From: an uncultured Bifidobacteriaceae bacterium
GTDB lineage: Bacteria > Verrucomicrobiota > Verrucomicrobiia > Limisphaerales > UBA11358
Assembly (NCBI GenBank): GCA_964449815.1
Contig: CAYVGC010000007.1
Span: forward strand, 3,948 to 67,947
Reading direction: 5' to 3'
Length of the DNA: 64,000 bases
The notes beneath the pieces are model-generated. The model did not search any database. It was not told the DNA's origin and saw nothing but the letters and a program-made list of their open reading frames with translations. Positions 27,000 to 37,671 of this stretch are shown piece after piece. Both the position numbers and the translations under genes were made by a program. Each line of letters begins with the position of its first letter. Position 1 is the stretch's first letter.

Positions 27000-27845
27000 T
27001 CAAGTTTGCGTCTCGTCAATAAATGTTTCTTTGATGCGTTCCAAAATCACGTCGGCCAGCAGCGGTTCGGTGCCGACGGACGGTGAATACCAGAAAAGCT
27101 TGCCGTGTTTCTCCGTCGGATTGCGCCAGGTCGGCCGGCCGGCGGCGTGACGTTCTTTTACGATGCGTTCCGGTTCGCCGAGCAGCACCGGAATATCCTC
27201 GACCACATGCAGCCCGTCGCTGATGAAAAACGGCACGACGACGCAGTAGTTTGTCTGCGCCAGCAAATGGCAGATCTCGATGCGCGGTTCTTCTTCCATG
27301 AAAACCGCGCGGACCGCCGCGTAAATTTTTTGCGCGCGGATCATTTCCGCCTGCCGTTCAATGGCCCTGCGAGAATTTTTATTTTTCTCAGTGCCGTGGC
27401 CGGCGATGAAGAGCGTGGTTTCCGCCGGCTTCGGCGCACGAGGGAATGGAAACTTCTGAGCGATCCCGGCAGCGCGCGATAAAATCACTTTCGTCATGCT
27501 GTCGTGCGTGCCGGCCGGGCGGCAGTAAAACAGTGACGAGTGACGAGTGACGAGTGACAGGTTATCCGGAAAACTGAAGCCGAGTCCCTTTGGAATGATT
27601 TCCGTGCTGAAATAGCCTTCGCTGATGAACAGCGGCGCGATGAAGATTCTGGGCGCGGAGATTTCCGCGAGAATTTTTTTGATCTGCGGCTCCTGTTTCC
27701 AGAAGGCCTCGCGCACCTCGCGGAAAATTTTCCGGCGGCGCAGTTCCGCCGCGTGCTGGTAAACCGGCGCGGCGGACTGGTCGTTCAACTCCGTGCCGTG
27801 GCCGAGGACGACGAGCACGGAACCGGAAAATTTCTCACGGTTCAC
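27000..27845 (-). CDS. cbiX: CbiX/SirB-family tetrapyrrole chelatase (two-domain)
   Basis: VLGHGT, PLFISEGYF, second domain AGHGT, PFFISDGLHV.EDIP. Confidence 0.8.
   Translation of the reverse strand: MNREKFSGSVLVVLGHGTELNDQSAAPVYQHAAELRRRKIFREVREAFWKQEPQIKKILAEISAPRIFIAPLFISEGYFSTEIIPKGLGFSFPDNLSLVTRHSSLFYCRPAGTHDSMTKVILSRAAGIAQKFPFPRAPKPAETTLFIAGHGTEKNKNSRRAIERQAEMIRAQKIYAAVRAVFMEEEPRIEICHLLAQTNYCVVVPFFISDGLHVVEDIPVLLGEPERIVKERHAAGRPTWRNPTEKHGKLFWYSPSVGTEPLLADVILERIKETFIDETQT
27532..27559. repeat. Heptamer array inside cbiX
   Basis: (agtgacg)x3 agtgaca, translated as SLVTRHSSL. Confidence 0.9.
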
Positions 27846-28081
27846 GCGCCCAAGTTGGCGCAGTCGCCGCCTGACCGCAAGCCGTGTCTGCCAGACGAAG
27901 CTTTTGACGGCGGCTTAATTTCAAATGGCGGATGCGTCGCGGCGGCGCACAGCGGGGCCGCAACGCCGCGCCACCCAGCTTGCACGCCGCAAAATTTCAT
28001 GCGGGCGCGCAAATTTGGGCGGGATGCAAAAAAGTTCATCTTTTGCTTGGCAAGCCGGCGGCGCAGCGGTTAGCTAGCACC

Positions 28082-29449
28082 ATGCAACCGGTTCTCGATT
28101 ACCTGAAACAGCACCAAGACCGTTTTCTCGCGGAGTTCTGCGACTACCTGCGCTTTCCCAGCATCTCGGCCCAGCCGCAACATAAAAAAGATTTGCACGC
28201 CTGCGCCGAATGGCTCGTCGCGCATTGCCGCGCCATCGGCCTGGAGGCCAGACTGTGCGCGACGGACGGCCATCCCATCGTCGTCGCCAAAACGCCGCGC
28301 GCAAAAAAATCCCGCCAGCCGCACTACCTGGTCTATGGCCATTACGACGTGCAGCCGCCGGAGCCGCTGGAACTGTGGCTGTCGCCGCCGTTCGAGCCGC
28401 GCATCTCCGGCAGAACCATTTACGCCCGCGGCAGCACGGACGACAAAGGCCAGAATTTTGCGCATCTCAAGGCGGTCGAAGCCTATTTGAAAACCGGCAC
28501 GCCCCTGCCCTGCGATCTGACGTTCGTCCTGGAAGGCGAGGAGGAGGTCGGCAGCGAAAGCCTTTCCGGTTTCCTGAAAGCCAACCGGCGGGAACTCGCC
28601 TGCAAGGCGGTGGTCATCTCCGACACCGGGATGCCGGGGCTGAAACATCCGGCGCTCACCTACGCTTTGCGCGGCATCATCGCGTTTGAAATCACGCTGC
28701 ACGGCCCGGCGTGCGACCTGCATTCCGGCGTTTTCGGCGGCGCGGTGGAAAACCCCGCGATGGCGCTCGCCCGCCTGCTCGCCAAGGTCCGCGACGAAAA
28801 CGGCCGCGTCACCATCCCCGGCTTTTACAACGGCGTCGCGCCGCTGTCAAAATTCGAACGACAGCAGGCCGCGCGCTATCCGCTGACGGATGCGCAGTTG
28901 AAAAAACTTCTCGGCCCGCCCAAACTGTTCGGTGAACGCGGTTTTACGCCCACCGAACAACGCAGCGCGCGGCCCACATTTGAAATCAACGGGCTCACCA
29001 GCGGTTATCAAGGCGATGGCAGCAAGACCATCGTGCCGGCGTGGGCACGGGCCAAAATCACCTGCCGCCTCGTGCCGGACCAAAAGCCCGAACATGTCCG
29101 CAAAATCGTCGTCGCGCATCTCAAAAAGATTTGTCCGCCGACGGTGCGGCTGGAAATCAACGCCGGACACGGCGCGGAAGCATATCACGTCTCGCCGTCC
29201 AGCCCGCTGGCGCAGGCGTCGTTGCGGGCCTTGAAACAGGCGTTTGACGCCGAGCCGATTTTGATGCGCGAAGGCGGCTCGATTCCAATTGTTAACCAGT
29301 TCAAGAAAATCCTCGGCGCGGATTCGCTGCTGCTCGGCCTGGGGCTGCCGGACGACAACGCCCATTCGCCGAACGAGAAGTTTCACCTGGATTGTTTTGA
29401 AAAAGGCCAGCGCATGAGCGCGTATCTGTGGCAGGAACTGGCGGCCTGA
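28082..29449 (+). CDS. M20 family dipeptidase
   Basis: YGHYDVQP, ARGSTDDKGQ, EGEEEVGS, GGSIP and HSPNEKF. Confidence 0.92.
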   Translation: MQPVLDYLKQHQDRFLAEFCDYLRFPSISAQPQHKKDLHACAEWLVAHCRAIGLEARLCATDGHPIVVAKTPRAKKSRQPHYLVYGHYDVQPPEPLELWLSPPFEPRISGRTIYARGSTDDKGQNFAHLKAVEAYLKTGTPLPCDLTFVLEGEEEVGSESLSGFLKANRRELACKAVVISDTGMPGLKHPALTYALRGIIAFEITLHGPACDLHSGVFGGAVENPAMALARLLAKVRDENGRVTIPGFYNGVAPLSKFERQQAARYPLTDAQLKKLLGPPKLFGERGFTPTEQRSARPTFEINGLTSGYQGDGSKTIVPAWARAKITCRLVPDQKPEHVRKIVVAHLKKICPPTVRLEINAGHGAEAYHVSPSSPLAQASLRALKQAFDAEPILMREGGSIPIVNQFKKILGADSLLLGLGLPDDNAHSPNEKFHLDCFEKGQRMSAYLWQELAA

Positions 29450-29852
29450 AGACACCCGTCGTTGCTCCCGTTCAAACAAATTGATATTGTGGCAGCACCA
29501 GCCTCCAAACCGGCGGAACCATCGAGTCAACCGAGGTCACGGTGCCGGCAAGCAGCGCTGATTTTCCGAGAAGCTTCACGCTTCAGCCGGTCACTGGTGG
29601 AATTGTGGACAACCGGTCACTTTGACAGCCTGGTCCGGGTTGACATCTGCTGCGCCAGCATCCCGTTTCAATTGGGCTGGCATGCATTTTCCAACAACAC
29701 TGCGGCTGAAAAACCAACACCGGCGCAAGCGCGGCACCATCATCATCAAGCTCGGCAACCCGCACGAGACCATGTCCAGCACTTCCGTCCATGGCTCCTC
29801 GACATCCGACCACCGACGGGCTAAACTTAAAAACCTCTCAGAAAGACGTTCA

Positions 29853-30296
29853 ATGAAAAATCATTTTTACATCTTGATGGCCTGCGCCGCGTTGCTGCCG
29901 CCGGTGGCCGCCACGGCCCAGAGCTATACCATTGACTGGCATAAAATCGCTGGTGGCGGCGGCACCAGCACCGGCGGCGTCTATCAGCTCAGCGGCACCA
30001 TCGGGCAGCACGACGCGGGCGGTCTGATGACCGGCGGGAATTATTCCCTCGCCGGCGGCTTCTGGGCGCTCTACGCCGTGCAGACGCCCGGCGCGCCAAT
30101 CCTGACCATCACGCGTTCCGGCAGCGGCGTGAAAGTTTTATGGCCGTATCCTTCCACCGGCTGGACATTGCAGCAAAATGACAGTCTGACGACGACCAGT
30201 TGGTCCACCGGCGGTGGCGTCAGCAATGACGGGACTAACAATTTCATCCTCGTCTCGCCGCCGGCGGGAAATTTCTTTTTCCGTTTGAAGCAGTGA
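29853..30296 (+). CDS. Small secreted protein with C-terminal sorting-like module
   Basis: Signal peptide, YTIDWHKIAGGGGTSTGG..LSGTIGQ, then WTLQQNDSL...W...FFFRL. Confidence 0.8.
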   Translation: MKNHFYILMACAALLPPVAATAQSYTIDWHKIAGGGGTSTGGVYQLSGTIGQHDAGGLMTGGNYSLAGGFWALYAVQTPGAPILTITRSGSGVKVLWPYPSTGWTLQQNDSLTTTSWSTGGGVSNDGTNNFILVSPPAGNFFFRLKQ

Positions 30297-30359
30297 GGGT
30301 AATTCAGGCGCCCTTGACTTCGTTGTTGCTGCTCATCAACTGCGGGATCGTTTGTGGAA

Positions 30360-30388
30360 TTGACATGGCTGCGCGGCCTCTCTAATTT
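30360..30388 (+). promoter_or_regulatory. Sigma70-type promoter upstream of purA
   Basis: TTGACA (30360-30365), 17-bp spacer, TAATTT (30383-30388). Confidence 0.65.
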
Positions 30389-30474
30389 CTACACGCAAAG
30401 ACCCCGCCGCTTTGCCCCGGATTTCCCTCCGGGGATTTTTATTGGCAACCACCGGCGCGGCTTGCAGAACTTTT

Positions 30475-31746
30475 ATGGCAAACACGATTCTCGTCGGCGC
30501 CCAGTGGGGCGACGAAGGCAAAGGCAAAATCATTGACGTGCTCACCGAGTCGGCGGACGTCGTCGTCCGCTACGCCGGCGGCAACAACGCCGGCCACACA
30601 GTCTGGCTGGGCAAAAAAAAATACATCCTGCACCTCGTGCCGTCCGGGATTTTGCGCCCGAAAAAGCTCTGTGTCATCGGCAACGGCGTCGTCGTGGACC
30701 CCGTCGGCCTCGTGGACGAGATCGAGGGACTGAAAAGACTTGGCGTCAAGGTCAATCCGAAGAACTTTGTGTTGAGCGAGACGGCGCACGTCGTTTTTCC
30801 CTATCACCGCGAACTCGATGCGCAGCGCGAAGTGCTCAAGGGCAAAAACAAAATCGGCACCACCAAGCGCGGCATCGGCCCGGCTTACGGCGACAAGGCG
30901 GCGCGCGTCGGTCTGCGTGTCGGCGATCTGGTTGATCCGGTTCGCCTCGAAGAAAAACTTTCAGTCCGCATCAAGGAAAACAACGTCGTGCTGAAATCAC
31001 TCGGGGCGAAGCCGCTTTCATTCAAACAGGTTTTCGCCGGATACAACCAGGCCGGCCAATACCTCAAGCCGTTTGTAACGAACACCGTGGTTCTCCTGCA
31101 CGACGCGATGCGCGATCAAGCGGACATTTTGTTTGAAGGCGCGCAGGGAACGTTTCTGGACATTGACCACGGCACCTATCCGTTTGTCACGTCGTCGAAC
31201 ACCACGGCGGGTGGCGCCTGCACCGGCTCCGGGGTGCCGCCGCACCGGATTGACCGCGTCGTCGGCGTGATGAAGGCTTACACCACGCGCGTCGGCGAAG
31301 GACCGTTGCCGACGGAGAACACCGAGATTTCCGACCTGCTGCACGGCATGGGCCGCGAATTCGGCGCGACGACCGGCCGCGCCCGCCGCTGCGGGTGGTT
31401 TGACTCCGTCGCCACGCGCCATGCGACGATGGTCAACGGCATTGACGACCTTGCCGTCACGAACCTCGACGGCCTCGACACGGTTGAGAGCATCAAGGTC
31501 TGCGTCGCCTATCGCCACGGCAAGACGCAATACGATTACGTCCCGAACGACGCACAGGTGCTCGCCGCGTGCGAACCGGTTTACGTCGAGTTCGAAGGCT
31601 GGCGCGAGCCGACGGAGAAGTGCAGGACGTTCAAACAACTGCCGCCAAAAGCCCGCGCGTATTTGAAGGCGATTGCCGAGCTGACCAATGCGAAACTGTT
31701 CATCGCTTCCGTCGGGCCGGGCCGCGAGCAGACGATTTTTGTTTAA
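30475..31746 (+). CDS. purA: Adenylosuccinate synthetase
   Basis: GAQWGDEGKGK, FEGAQG and EFGATTGR.RRCGW. Confidence 0.98.
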   Translation: MANTILVGAQWGDEGKGKIIDVLTESADVVVRYAGGNNAGHTVWLGKKKYILHLVPSGILRPKKLCVIGNGVVVDPVGLVDEIEGLKRLGVKVNPKNFVLSETAHVVFPYHRELDAQREVLKGKNKIGTTKRGIGPAYGDKAARVGLRVGDLVDPVRLEEKLSVRIKENNVVLKSLGAKPLSFKQVFAGYNQAGQYLKPFVTNTVVLLHDAMRDQADILFEGAQGTFLDIDHGTYPFVTSSNTTAGGACTGSGVPPHRIDRVVGVMKAYTTRVGEGPLPTENTEISDLLHGMGREFGATTGRARRCGWFDSVATRHATMVNGIDDLAVTNLDGLDTVESIKVCVAYRHGKTQYDYVPNDAQVLAACEPVYVEFEGWREPTEKCRTFKQLPPKARAYLKAIAELTNAKLFIASVGPGREQTIFV

Positions 31747-31802
31747 CGCAAAAACTGGCCGCAGATTTCGTGGCCGAAAACGGACTGGCCCGGAAAGAAA
31801 CC

Positions 31803-33200
31803 CTACCGGCGGGCCAGCCGCTGCAGCAGCTTGCCGTGGATGCCGTCGAAACCGCCGTTGCTGAACACGCAGATGACCTCGCCGCCCTGGGCGTTTTGGG
31901 CCAGATGCGCGACAATGGCGGCCACGTCCGGCAGATAGGCGGCGTCCTTGCCGGCTGTCTTCAAATCCTGCATCAGTTTTTCGGGATTCAACCGCTCGTC
32001 GGCGGGCAGTTGTTCCAGCCGCGCGACGGCCGCCACCACCACGGCATCGGCGTCGGTGAACGCGGACGCCAGCTCCTCCTGGAAGACATTCCGCCGCGTC
32101 GTGTTGCTGCGCGGCTCGAAAACGGCCCAGATTTTTTCCTTCGCGTAGCGGAGGCGCAACGCGCGCAGCGTCTCGCGGATGGCCGTCGGGTGGTGGCCAA
32201 AATCGTCAATCACCGTCACGCCGCCCGCAATGCCCTTCACTTCCATGCGCCGCTTGATGCCATTGAATGTGTCGAACGCGCCCTGAATCTGCTTGTTCGA
32301 CAACCCGCAATGCTTCGCCGCCGCGATGACCGCCAGCGCGTTGCGGACGTTCAATTCGCCGACCATGTTCAGGTGAAACTTGAAGCTGGGGATTTCAAAC
32401 TCCGTCGCCGTGGGGCCGAACCGCAGGTTGAAGCCCTGCACGGCGTTGTCCGCCCCCAGGCCGAAGCGCTTCACCGGGCAGAACGTGACGTTGAGCAGCG
32501 GCGCGAGATTCGCGTCGTCGCCGTTGCCGAGCAGCAGGCCGTTGCGCGGCACCAGGCGGATGAAGTGCGAAAAGGTTTTTTTGTAGGCATCGAGATTTTC
32601 AAAAATGTCGGCGTGGTCGAATTCCAGGTTGTTGATGATGGCGATTTCCGGCGCGTAATGGATGAACTTGCTGCGCTTGTCGAAAAACGCGGTGTCGTAT
32701 TCGTCGCCCTCGATGATGAACCACTCGCTGTCCGTGAACCGGCCGCCCTGCGAAAAATTGTTCGGGATGCCGCCGATGAGGTAGCTCGGATTGAGGCCGT
32801 TGTGCTCGAACACCCAGGCCAGCAGCGACGTGGTGGTGGTCTTGCCGTGCGTGCCGCTGACGACGATCGAGCGCTTGCCGCGGATGAAAAATTCGTGGAG
32901 CAGCGCCGGCAGCGAGCAATAGCGCAGCTTGCGGTCGAGGACGAACTCCGCCTCCGGATTGCCGCGCGAGATGGCGTTGCCGATGACGACGAGGTCGGGC
33001 TGGTGCGCCAGATTCTGTTCCGCGTAGCCGTTCATCACGGGGATTTTCTTGGCGGCAAGGAACGACGCCATCGGCTCATACAGGTTCTGGTCGGAGCCGG
33101 TGATGGCAAAGCCCCGGTCAAACATCGCGGCGGCGGCGGAAGCCATCGCCGTGCCGCCAATGCCGGTGAAATGGACGGATTTGATCTCGGATGAAAACAT
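31803..33200 (-). CDS. mpl: Murein peptide ligase Mpl (MurC-like)
   Basis: GIGGTAM, GTHGKTTT, EGDEYDTAFFDKRSKF and DDFGHHPT. Confidence 0.92.
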   Translation of the reverse strand: MFSSEIKSVHFTGIGGTAMASAAAAMFDRGFAITGSDQNLYEPMASFLAAKKIPVMNGYAEQNLAHQPDLVVIGNAISRGNPEAEFVLDRKLRYCSLPALLHEFFIRGKRSIVVSGTHGKTTTTSLLAWVFEHNGLNPSYLIGGIPNNFSQGGRFTDSEWFIIEGDEYDTAFFDKRSKFIHYAPEIAIINNLEFDHADIFENLDAYKKTFSHFIRLVPRNGLLLGNGDDANLAPLLNVTFCPVKRFGLGADNAVQGFNLRFGPTATEFEIPSFKFHLNMVGELNVRNALAVIAAAKHCGLSNKQIQGAFDTFNGIKRRMEVKGIAGGVTVIDDFGHHPTAIRETLRALRLRYAKEKIWAVFEPRSNTTRRNVFQEELASAFTDADAVVVAAVARLEQLPADERLNPEKLMQDLKTAGKDAAYLPDVAAIVAHLAQNAQGGEVICVFSNGGFDGIHGKLLQRLARR

Positions 33201-33469
33201 CTTTGAAGATTAAACCACCAGGACACCAAGGCACAAAGTTTTTTGGATTCTTGATTTGGCGCCGGAGGGGCGAAAGAAAGCAGCCTGCGGTGAAACCTTG
33301 GGATTGGCGGCCAAACATCCCGGTCGTCGTGCTGATTTATCCGACCTGATCATTTTTACCCGCGTGAAATTCACGCCCCTTGCGTGAGATTCACGCCTTT
33401 TCCGAAACGGTCATCGGCGTTTTTCTCGAAAATCACAGCGGCACGGCCCATGCTATATTCGATCCGACC

Positions 33470-34648
33470 ATGAAAAATCCGCTTGTCCATCGCGGGACGG
33501 GGGCATTCACGCTGGTGGAATTACTGACGGTCATCGCCATCATCGGCATTCTGGCGGCGCTGCTGATGCCGGCGTTGGAGCAGGCCAAGGCCCGGGCCAG
33601 ACGGATTCAATGTGTGGGCAACCAGAAGGAAATCGGCCTCGCCCTCCATTTGTTTGCCAACGACCACAGCGGAAAATTCCCGACGCAAGTCTCCACCAAC
33701 GACGGCGGTTCGCTGGAATTCGTCACCGCCGGGTATCACATCCACGGGCCGTTTTATTTTTCCTTTCAACATTTCCGCCCGCTCGCCGGCACCCTTGGCA
33801 CGCCAAAACTCCTCGCTTGTCCGGCAGATCTGGAACGCTGGGCGGGGACAAATTTCATCCAGTTTAACAACCGGAACTTGAGTTATGAAATCGGGCTCAT
33901 CACGGATGCCGGCAACCCCGGAGTGATTCTCGCCGCTGATCGGAACGCCCCCAGCCATCCCGACCCTGCCTACAATAGTCCGGACATCAGGTTGATACCC
34001 TGCCCGCCCGGCTTAAATCATTGGGGACTGAATTTACATGAAAGAAAAGGCAATTTGCTTTTCTCGGATGGCCATGTGGAAGAATCTTACGACACAATCA
34101 TCGCGTCGGAAGAAACCACGTCCGAAGATCTTGTTTATCCAGAGGTGAAGGCGTCCACCGGATACTCGCCGCCGGGCGGCCCCGGCGGAATGCCCTCCCA
34201 AAACAATCCACTGATCCCGTCGGCGCAAGTGGCGCAAACCCCGTCGCTGCCAGTAATCGTCCGTCAGGGATTTTCCAACCAGGCCAGCGCTGCAAACGCC
34301 AGCAGCCCCGCATCAGGCAATTCAACCTTCTCAAACCAGCCCGCCAGTCCGACGATGGTTGATTTCAATGCCCAGGACCACATGAGAAAATTTTTCACGG
34401 CTAGTCCGGTAACTACCCATGCAACGGTGCCGCAGACGAATCGTGCCATCGTGGCTGTTCAAGTCGCCACCAACATCGTTCCGGCAACGAACGATGCTGC
34501 GGGCATGTCTGATGCAAACCGCCGGCTGGTAAAGATTTTCCAAAAGGTGTTTGGCTGGGGTTATCTGCTGCTGCTGCTGTTTCTGCTGTGGCTCTGGTTC
34601 AAATTGCGGCGGAAATGGCGGCGGTGGCGGCAGCGGCAAAAGTGTTGA
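33470..34648 (+). CDS. Prepilin/H-X9-DG protein with Ser/Pro/Thr-rich linker and C-terminal membrane anchor
   Basis: [24 protein letters not shown] and terminal [29 protein letters not shown]. Confidence 0.85.
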   Translation: MKNPLVHRGTGAFTLVELLTVIAIIGILAALLMPALEQAKARARRIQCVGNQKEIGLALHLFANDHSGKFPTQVSTNDGGSLEFVTAGYHIHGPFYFSFQHFRPLAGTLGTPKLLACPADLERWAGTNFIQFNNRNLSYEIGLITDAGNPGVILAADRNAPSHPDPAYNSPDIRLIPCPPGLNHWGLNLHERKGNLLFSDGHVEESYDTIIASEETTSEDLVYPEVKASTGYSPPGGPGGMPSQNNPLIPSAQVAQTPSLPVIVRQGFSNQASAANASSPASGNSTFSNQPASPTMVDFNAQDHMRKFFTASPVTTHATVPQTNRAIVAVQVATNIVPATNDAAGMSDANRRLVKIFQKVFGWGYLLLLLFLLWLWFKLRRKWRRWRQRQKC

Positions 34649-34798
34649 GATTCACTGCTGAATTCCGGCCGGGACGCGGAAAAACGAATGCGGGTGAACG
34701 CCCCATGAAATAATCCCGCGCCCATGGGAACGGAAAATGCCCTTCCTCCATCAGATGTGAGACTTGAACCGAAGGTTATAGGAGACAGGCTGCAAGCC

Positions 34799-35266
34799 TC
34801 AATAGCGGATTTTGCCGGCTTTGGCCTGCCACTCGGCAAAGACCTTCAACGCCTCGGACCGCAACAACTGGCGCATGGGGATTTTTCGCCGGGAAACCGG
34901 CCGGGCCACTTCGCGGTAAATCAAATCGTCATCAAACTGGATGCGGGCCGCGTCCTTGCGGGTGTTCGCGTAATAAACCATTTTAAGCCGCGCCCAGTAG
35001 ATGGCCGCCAGGCACATCGGACACGGCTCGCAACTGGTGTAAAGCGCGCAGCCGTCCAGACGGAATGTCTTCAGTTTTTTGCACGCGGCGCGGATGGCCG
35101 TGACCTCGGCGTGTGCCGTGGGGTCGTTGGCGGACGTGACCTGGTTCCAGCCCCGGGCGATAATTTTCCCCTCGCGCACCACAACGGCCCCAAACGGCCC
35201 GCCGCAGTTCGCGCGCATCTTCGCCAGCGACAGCCAGATGGCGGCGCGCATGAATTCTTTCTGCAT
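34799..35266 (-). CDS. Nucleoside/guanine deaminase (GuaD-like)
   Basis: GGPFGA, HAEVTAIR and CEPCPMC. Confidence 0.88.
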   Translation of the reverse strand: MQKEFMRAAIWLSLAKMRANCGGPFGAVVVREGKIIARGWNQVTSANDPTAHAEVTAIRAACKKLKTFRLDGCALYTSCEPCPMCLAAIYWARLKMVYYANTRKDAARIQFDDDLIYREVARPVSRRKIPMRQLLRSEALKVFAEWQAKAGKIRY

Positions 35267-35336
35267 GATGAAATTTAGCCGCAGATGGACACGGATGAAA
35301 CCCGGATTTCTCCGCTGTCCGCGCCATCCTGCCGCT

Positions 35337-37511
35337 TCACCGGCTGGCGTAGTATTTGGTCGTGTATTCCTTGACCATGCGGTCAGTGGTGAACTGCGGC
35401 ACGAGCGTGGCCATGGCGCGGCGGACACGCTTGATCCATTCGCGCGGAATGCCGTTCACGTCGCGGTTAAAGAACATCGGCACCACCTGTTCGGTCAGCG
35501 TCTGGTAAAGGTTCGCGCTGTCCACGCGGTCCTGCTCCTCGACGTTGTCCGGGTGCGAGTCGGGGCCGATGGCAAAGCCGTTCGTGCCGTCGTAGCCTTC
35601 GCGCCACCAGCCGTCCAGAATGCTGAACCCCAGGCAGCCGTGACAGCTCGCCTTCATGCCGCTGGTGCCGGAAGCTTCAAGCGGCCGGCGCGGATTGTTC
35701 AGCCAGATGTCGCAGCCGGCCACCATCTGCCGCGCGACGTGGATGTCGTAGTTTTCAATGAACACCAGATGTCCGGTGAGTTCGCTGTGCTTGCTCAGGT
35801 GAATGATCTGCTGGATGAACCGTTTGCCGGCGTCGTCGCGCGGATGCGCCTTGCCGGCATAAATGAACTGGATGGGCCGCTGCTTGTCTTTGACGAGCTT
35901 CACGATGTTGTCGAACTGCTGGAAGATGAGCGGTGCGCGTTTGTAGGTGGCAAAACGGCGCGCGAAGCCGATGGTCAGCGCGTCGGGATTCAGCAGCCGG
36001 TCGAAGCGGACATAGTCGCCCTGCGTCACGCGCTGGCTTTGTTCGAGCAACCGGCGGCGGGCGTATTCAATCAGCTCGCGGCGCAGCCGGTAACGCAGCG
36101 CCCACAATTCCTCGTCGGAGACAAAGTTCGGGTCGGTCATCTTTTCCCAGAACTCGACATGGTTGACGGCGGAGGCCCAGTCTTCGCCGAAACGCTCGCG
36201 GAAGAATTTCGCCTCGCCATTCGTGCTGTCCGTCAATTTCTTGCGCCAGAACTGGCGGGCGGGGCCTTTCATCCAGCCGAGCAGATGAATGCCGTTGGTG
36301 ATGTGGCCGATGGGCACCTCGCCGGCCTTTTTTCCGGGATACAGCGCCTGCCACATGTGCCGGCTGACCTGGCCGTGAAGTTCGCTGACGGCGTTGGCGG
36401 CGCGGGACAGTTTCAGCGCGAGCACGGTCATGCAAAACGGCTCGTGTTCGTCCGCCGGCTTGACGCGGCCCAGGCCGAGCAGATCATTGAACGGCACTTT
36501 CAACTGCGTGAGGAAACGCTGCATCGCGTAATTCATCAGCTCCGGCGTGAAGCGGTCGTGGCCGGCCTCGACCGGCGTGTGCGTGGTAAAAATACATTCC
36601 GGCTTGGTCAGCGCCTGCGCCTCGGCATAGGTTTTGCCGGCGGCCATTTTTTCGCGGATCAATTCCAGCGTGAGAAACGCCGCGTGGCCTTCGTTCATGT
36701 GAAACGTGGAAGGTTCGATGCCCAGCGTGCGCAGCAGCCGCACGCCGCCGATGCCCAGCAGAATTTCCTGCATGATGCGCGTGGTGCTGTCGCCGCCATA
36801 AACGCGCGTCGTGAGATCGCGGAAAAGCTGTTCGTTTTCGGGCAGGTTGGTGTCGAGCAAGAAGACCGGCACGCGCCCGACGTTCACGCGCCAGACCTGA
36901 AAGTCCACGGCGTTCATGCCGATTTCCACGCTGCAAACCAGCCGGTCACCGTTCGCATCCAGCACCGGCTCAATCGGCACGTTGTGCGGGTCAACCGGGT
37001 TGTAATATTCCGTCTGCCAGTTGTTGGAATCAATCGCCTGCTGAAAATACCCTTCGCGGTAAAACAGCCCGAGGCCGACAAAGCCCAGGCCGAGGTCGCT
37101 CGCGGACTTCGCGTGGTCGCCGGCCAGAATGCCGAGGCCGCCGGCGGAAATCGGCAGCGATTCGTGGAAGCCGAACTCCGCCGAGAAATACGCCACCGGA
37201 TTTTTGTGCAACTGCGGGGCGTTTTGATGGCACCAGGTTTTCCGGTCGTTCAGGTAATTGTTGAAATCGCGGAGCACGCCGCGGACGCGGTCGGCAAACC
37301 CCTGTTCCTGCAGGTGGACGCGCAGTTCGTATTCCGAAACTTCGCGGAGCACGGCCACGGGATTGTGCCAGAGATTCTGCCAGCCGCGCGGCGAGAGCCG
37401 CTGGAACAGGTCCTGCGCCTCCTGGTTCCAGCACCACCAGAGGTTGCGCGACAGTTTGTTGAGGCCGGCCACCAGTTCGTTCAGCTCGGCGCCCGTCAAC
37501 GGTTTTTTCAT
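35337..37511 (-). CDS. glgP: Alpha-glucan phosphorylase
   Basis: YFSAEFG, GGLGILAGDH.KSASDLG, HMNEGH, ARRFATYKR and EASGTSGMK. Confidence 0.96.
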   Translation of the reverse strand: MKKPLTGAELNELVAGLNKLSRNLWWCWNQEAQDLFQRLSPRGWQNLWHNPVAVLREVSEYELRVHLQEQGFADRVRGVLRDFNNYLNDRKTWCHQNAPQLHKNPVAYFSAEFGFHESLPISAGGLGILAGDHAKSASDLGLGFVGLGLFYREGYFQQAIDSNNWQTEYYNPVDPHNVPIEPVLDANGDRLVCSVEIGMNAVDFQVWRVNVGRVPVFLLDTNLPENEQLFRDLTTRVYGGDSTTRIMQEILLGIGGVRLLRTLGIEPSTFHMNEGHAAFLTLELIREKMAAGKTYAEAQALTKPECIFTTHTPVEAGHDRFTPELMNYAMQRFLTQLKVPFNDLLGLGRVKPADEHEPFCMTVLALKLSRAANAVSELHGQVSRHMWQALYPGKKAGEVPIGHITNGIHLLGWMKGPARQFWRKKLTDSTNGEAKFFRERFGEDWASAVNHVEFWEKMTDPNFVSDEELWALRYRLRRELIEYARRRLLEQSQRVTQGDYVRFDRLLNPDALTIGFARRFATYKRAPLIFQQFDNIVKLVKDKQRPIQFIYAGKAHPRDDAGKRFIQQIIHLSKHSELTGHLVFIENYDIHVARQMVAGCDIWLNNPRRPLEASGTSGMKASCHGCLGFSILDGWWREGYDGTNGFAIGPDSHPDNVEEQDRVDSANLYQTLTEQVVPMFFNRDVNGIPREWIKRVRRAMATLVPQFTTDRMVKEYTTKYYASR

Positions 37512-37671
37512 AAGTCAGGTGAAAGTGTTTCTTAAATGCGCCCGCGCCCCGCCCGCGTGCGGACGGAAACTAATTTGTAACGCGCGCCACGGCAAACAAA
37601 AATTTCCGCCGCCCGCATACTTGCGCTTTGCCGCCGCTTTTTCCCGGAGTTTCTCATTTGAATAAACGCCC

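Noticed and set aside
30383-30410. c-di-GMP-I riboswitch suggested by acgcaaag
   Set aside because: The preceding GGCAAAC and GNRA stem elements are absent.
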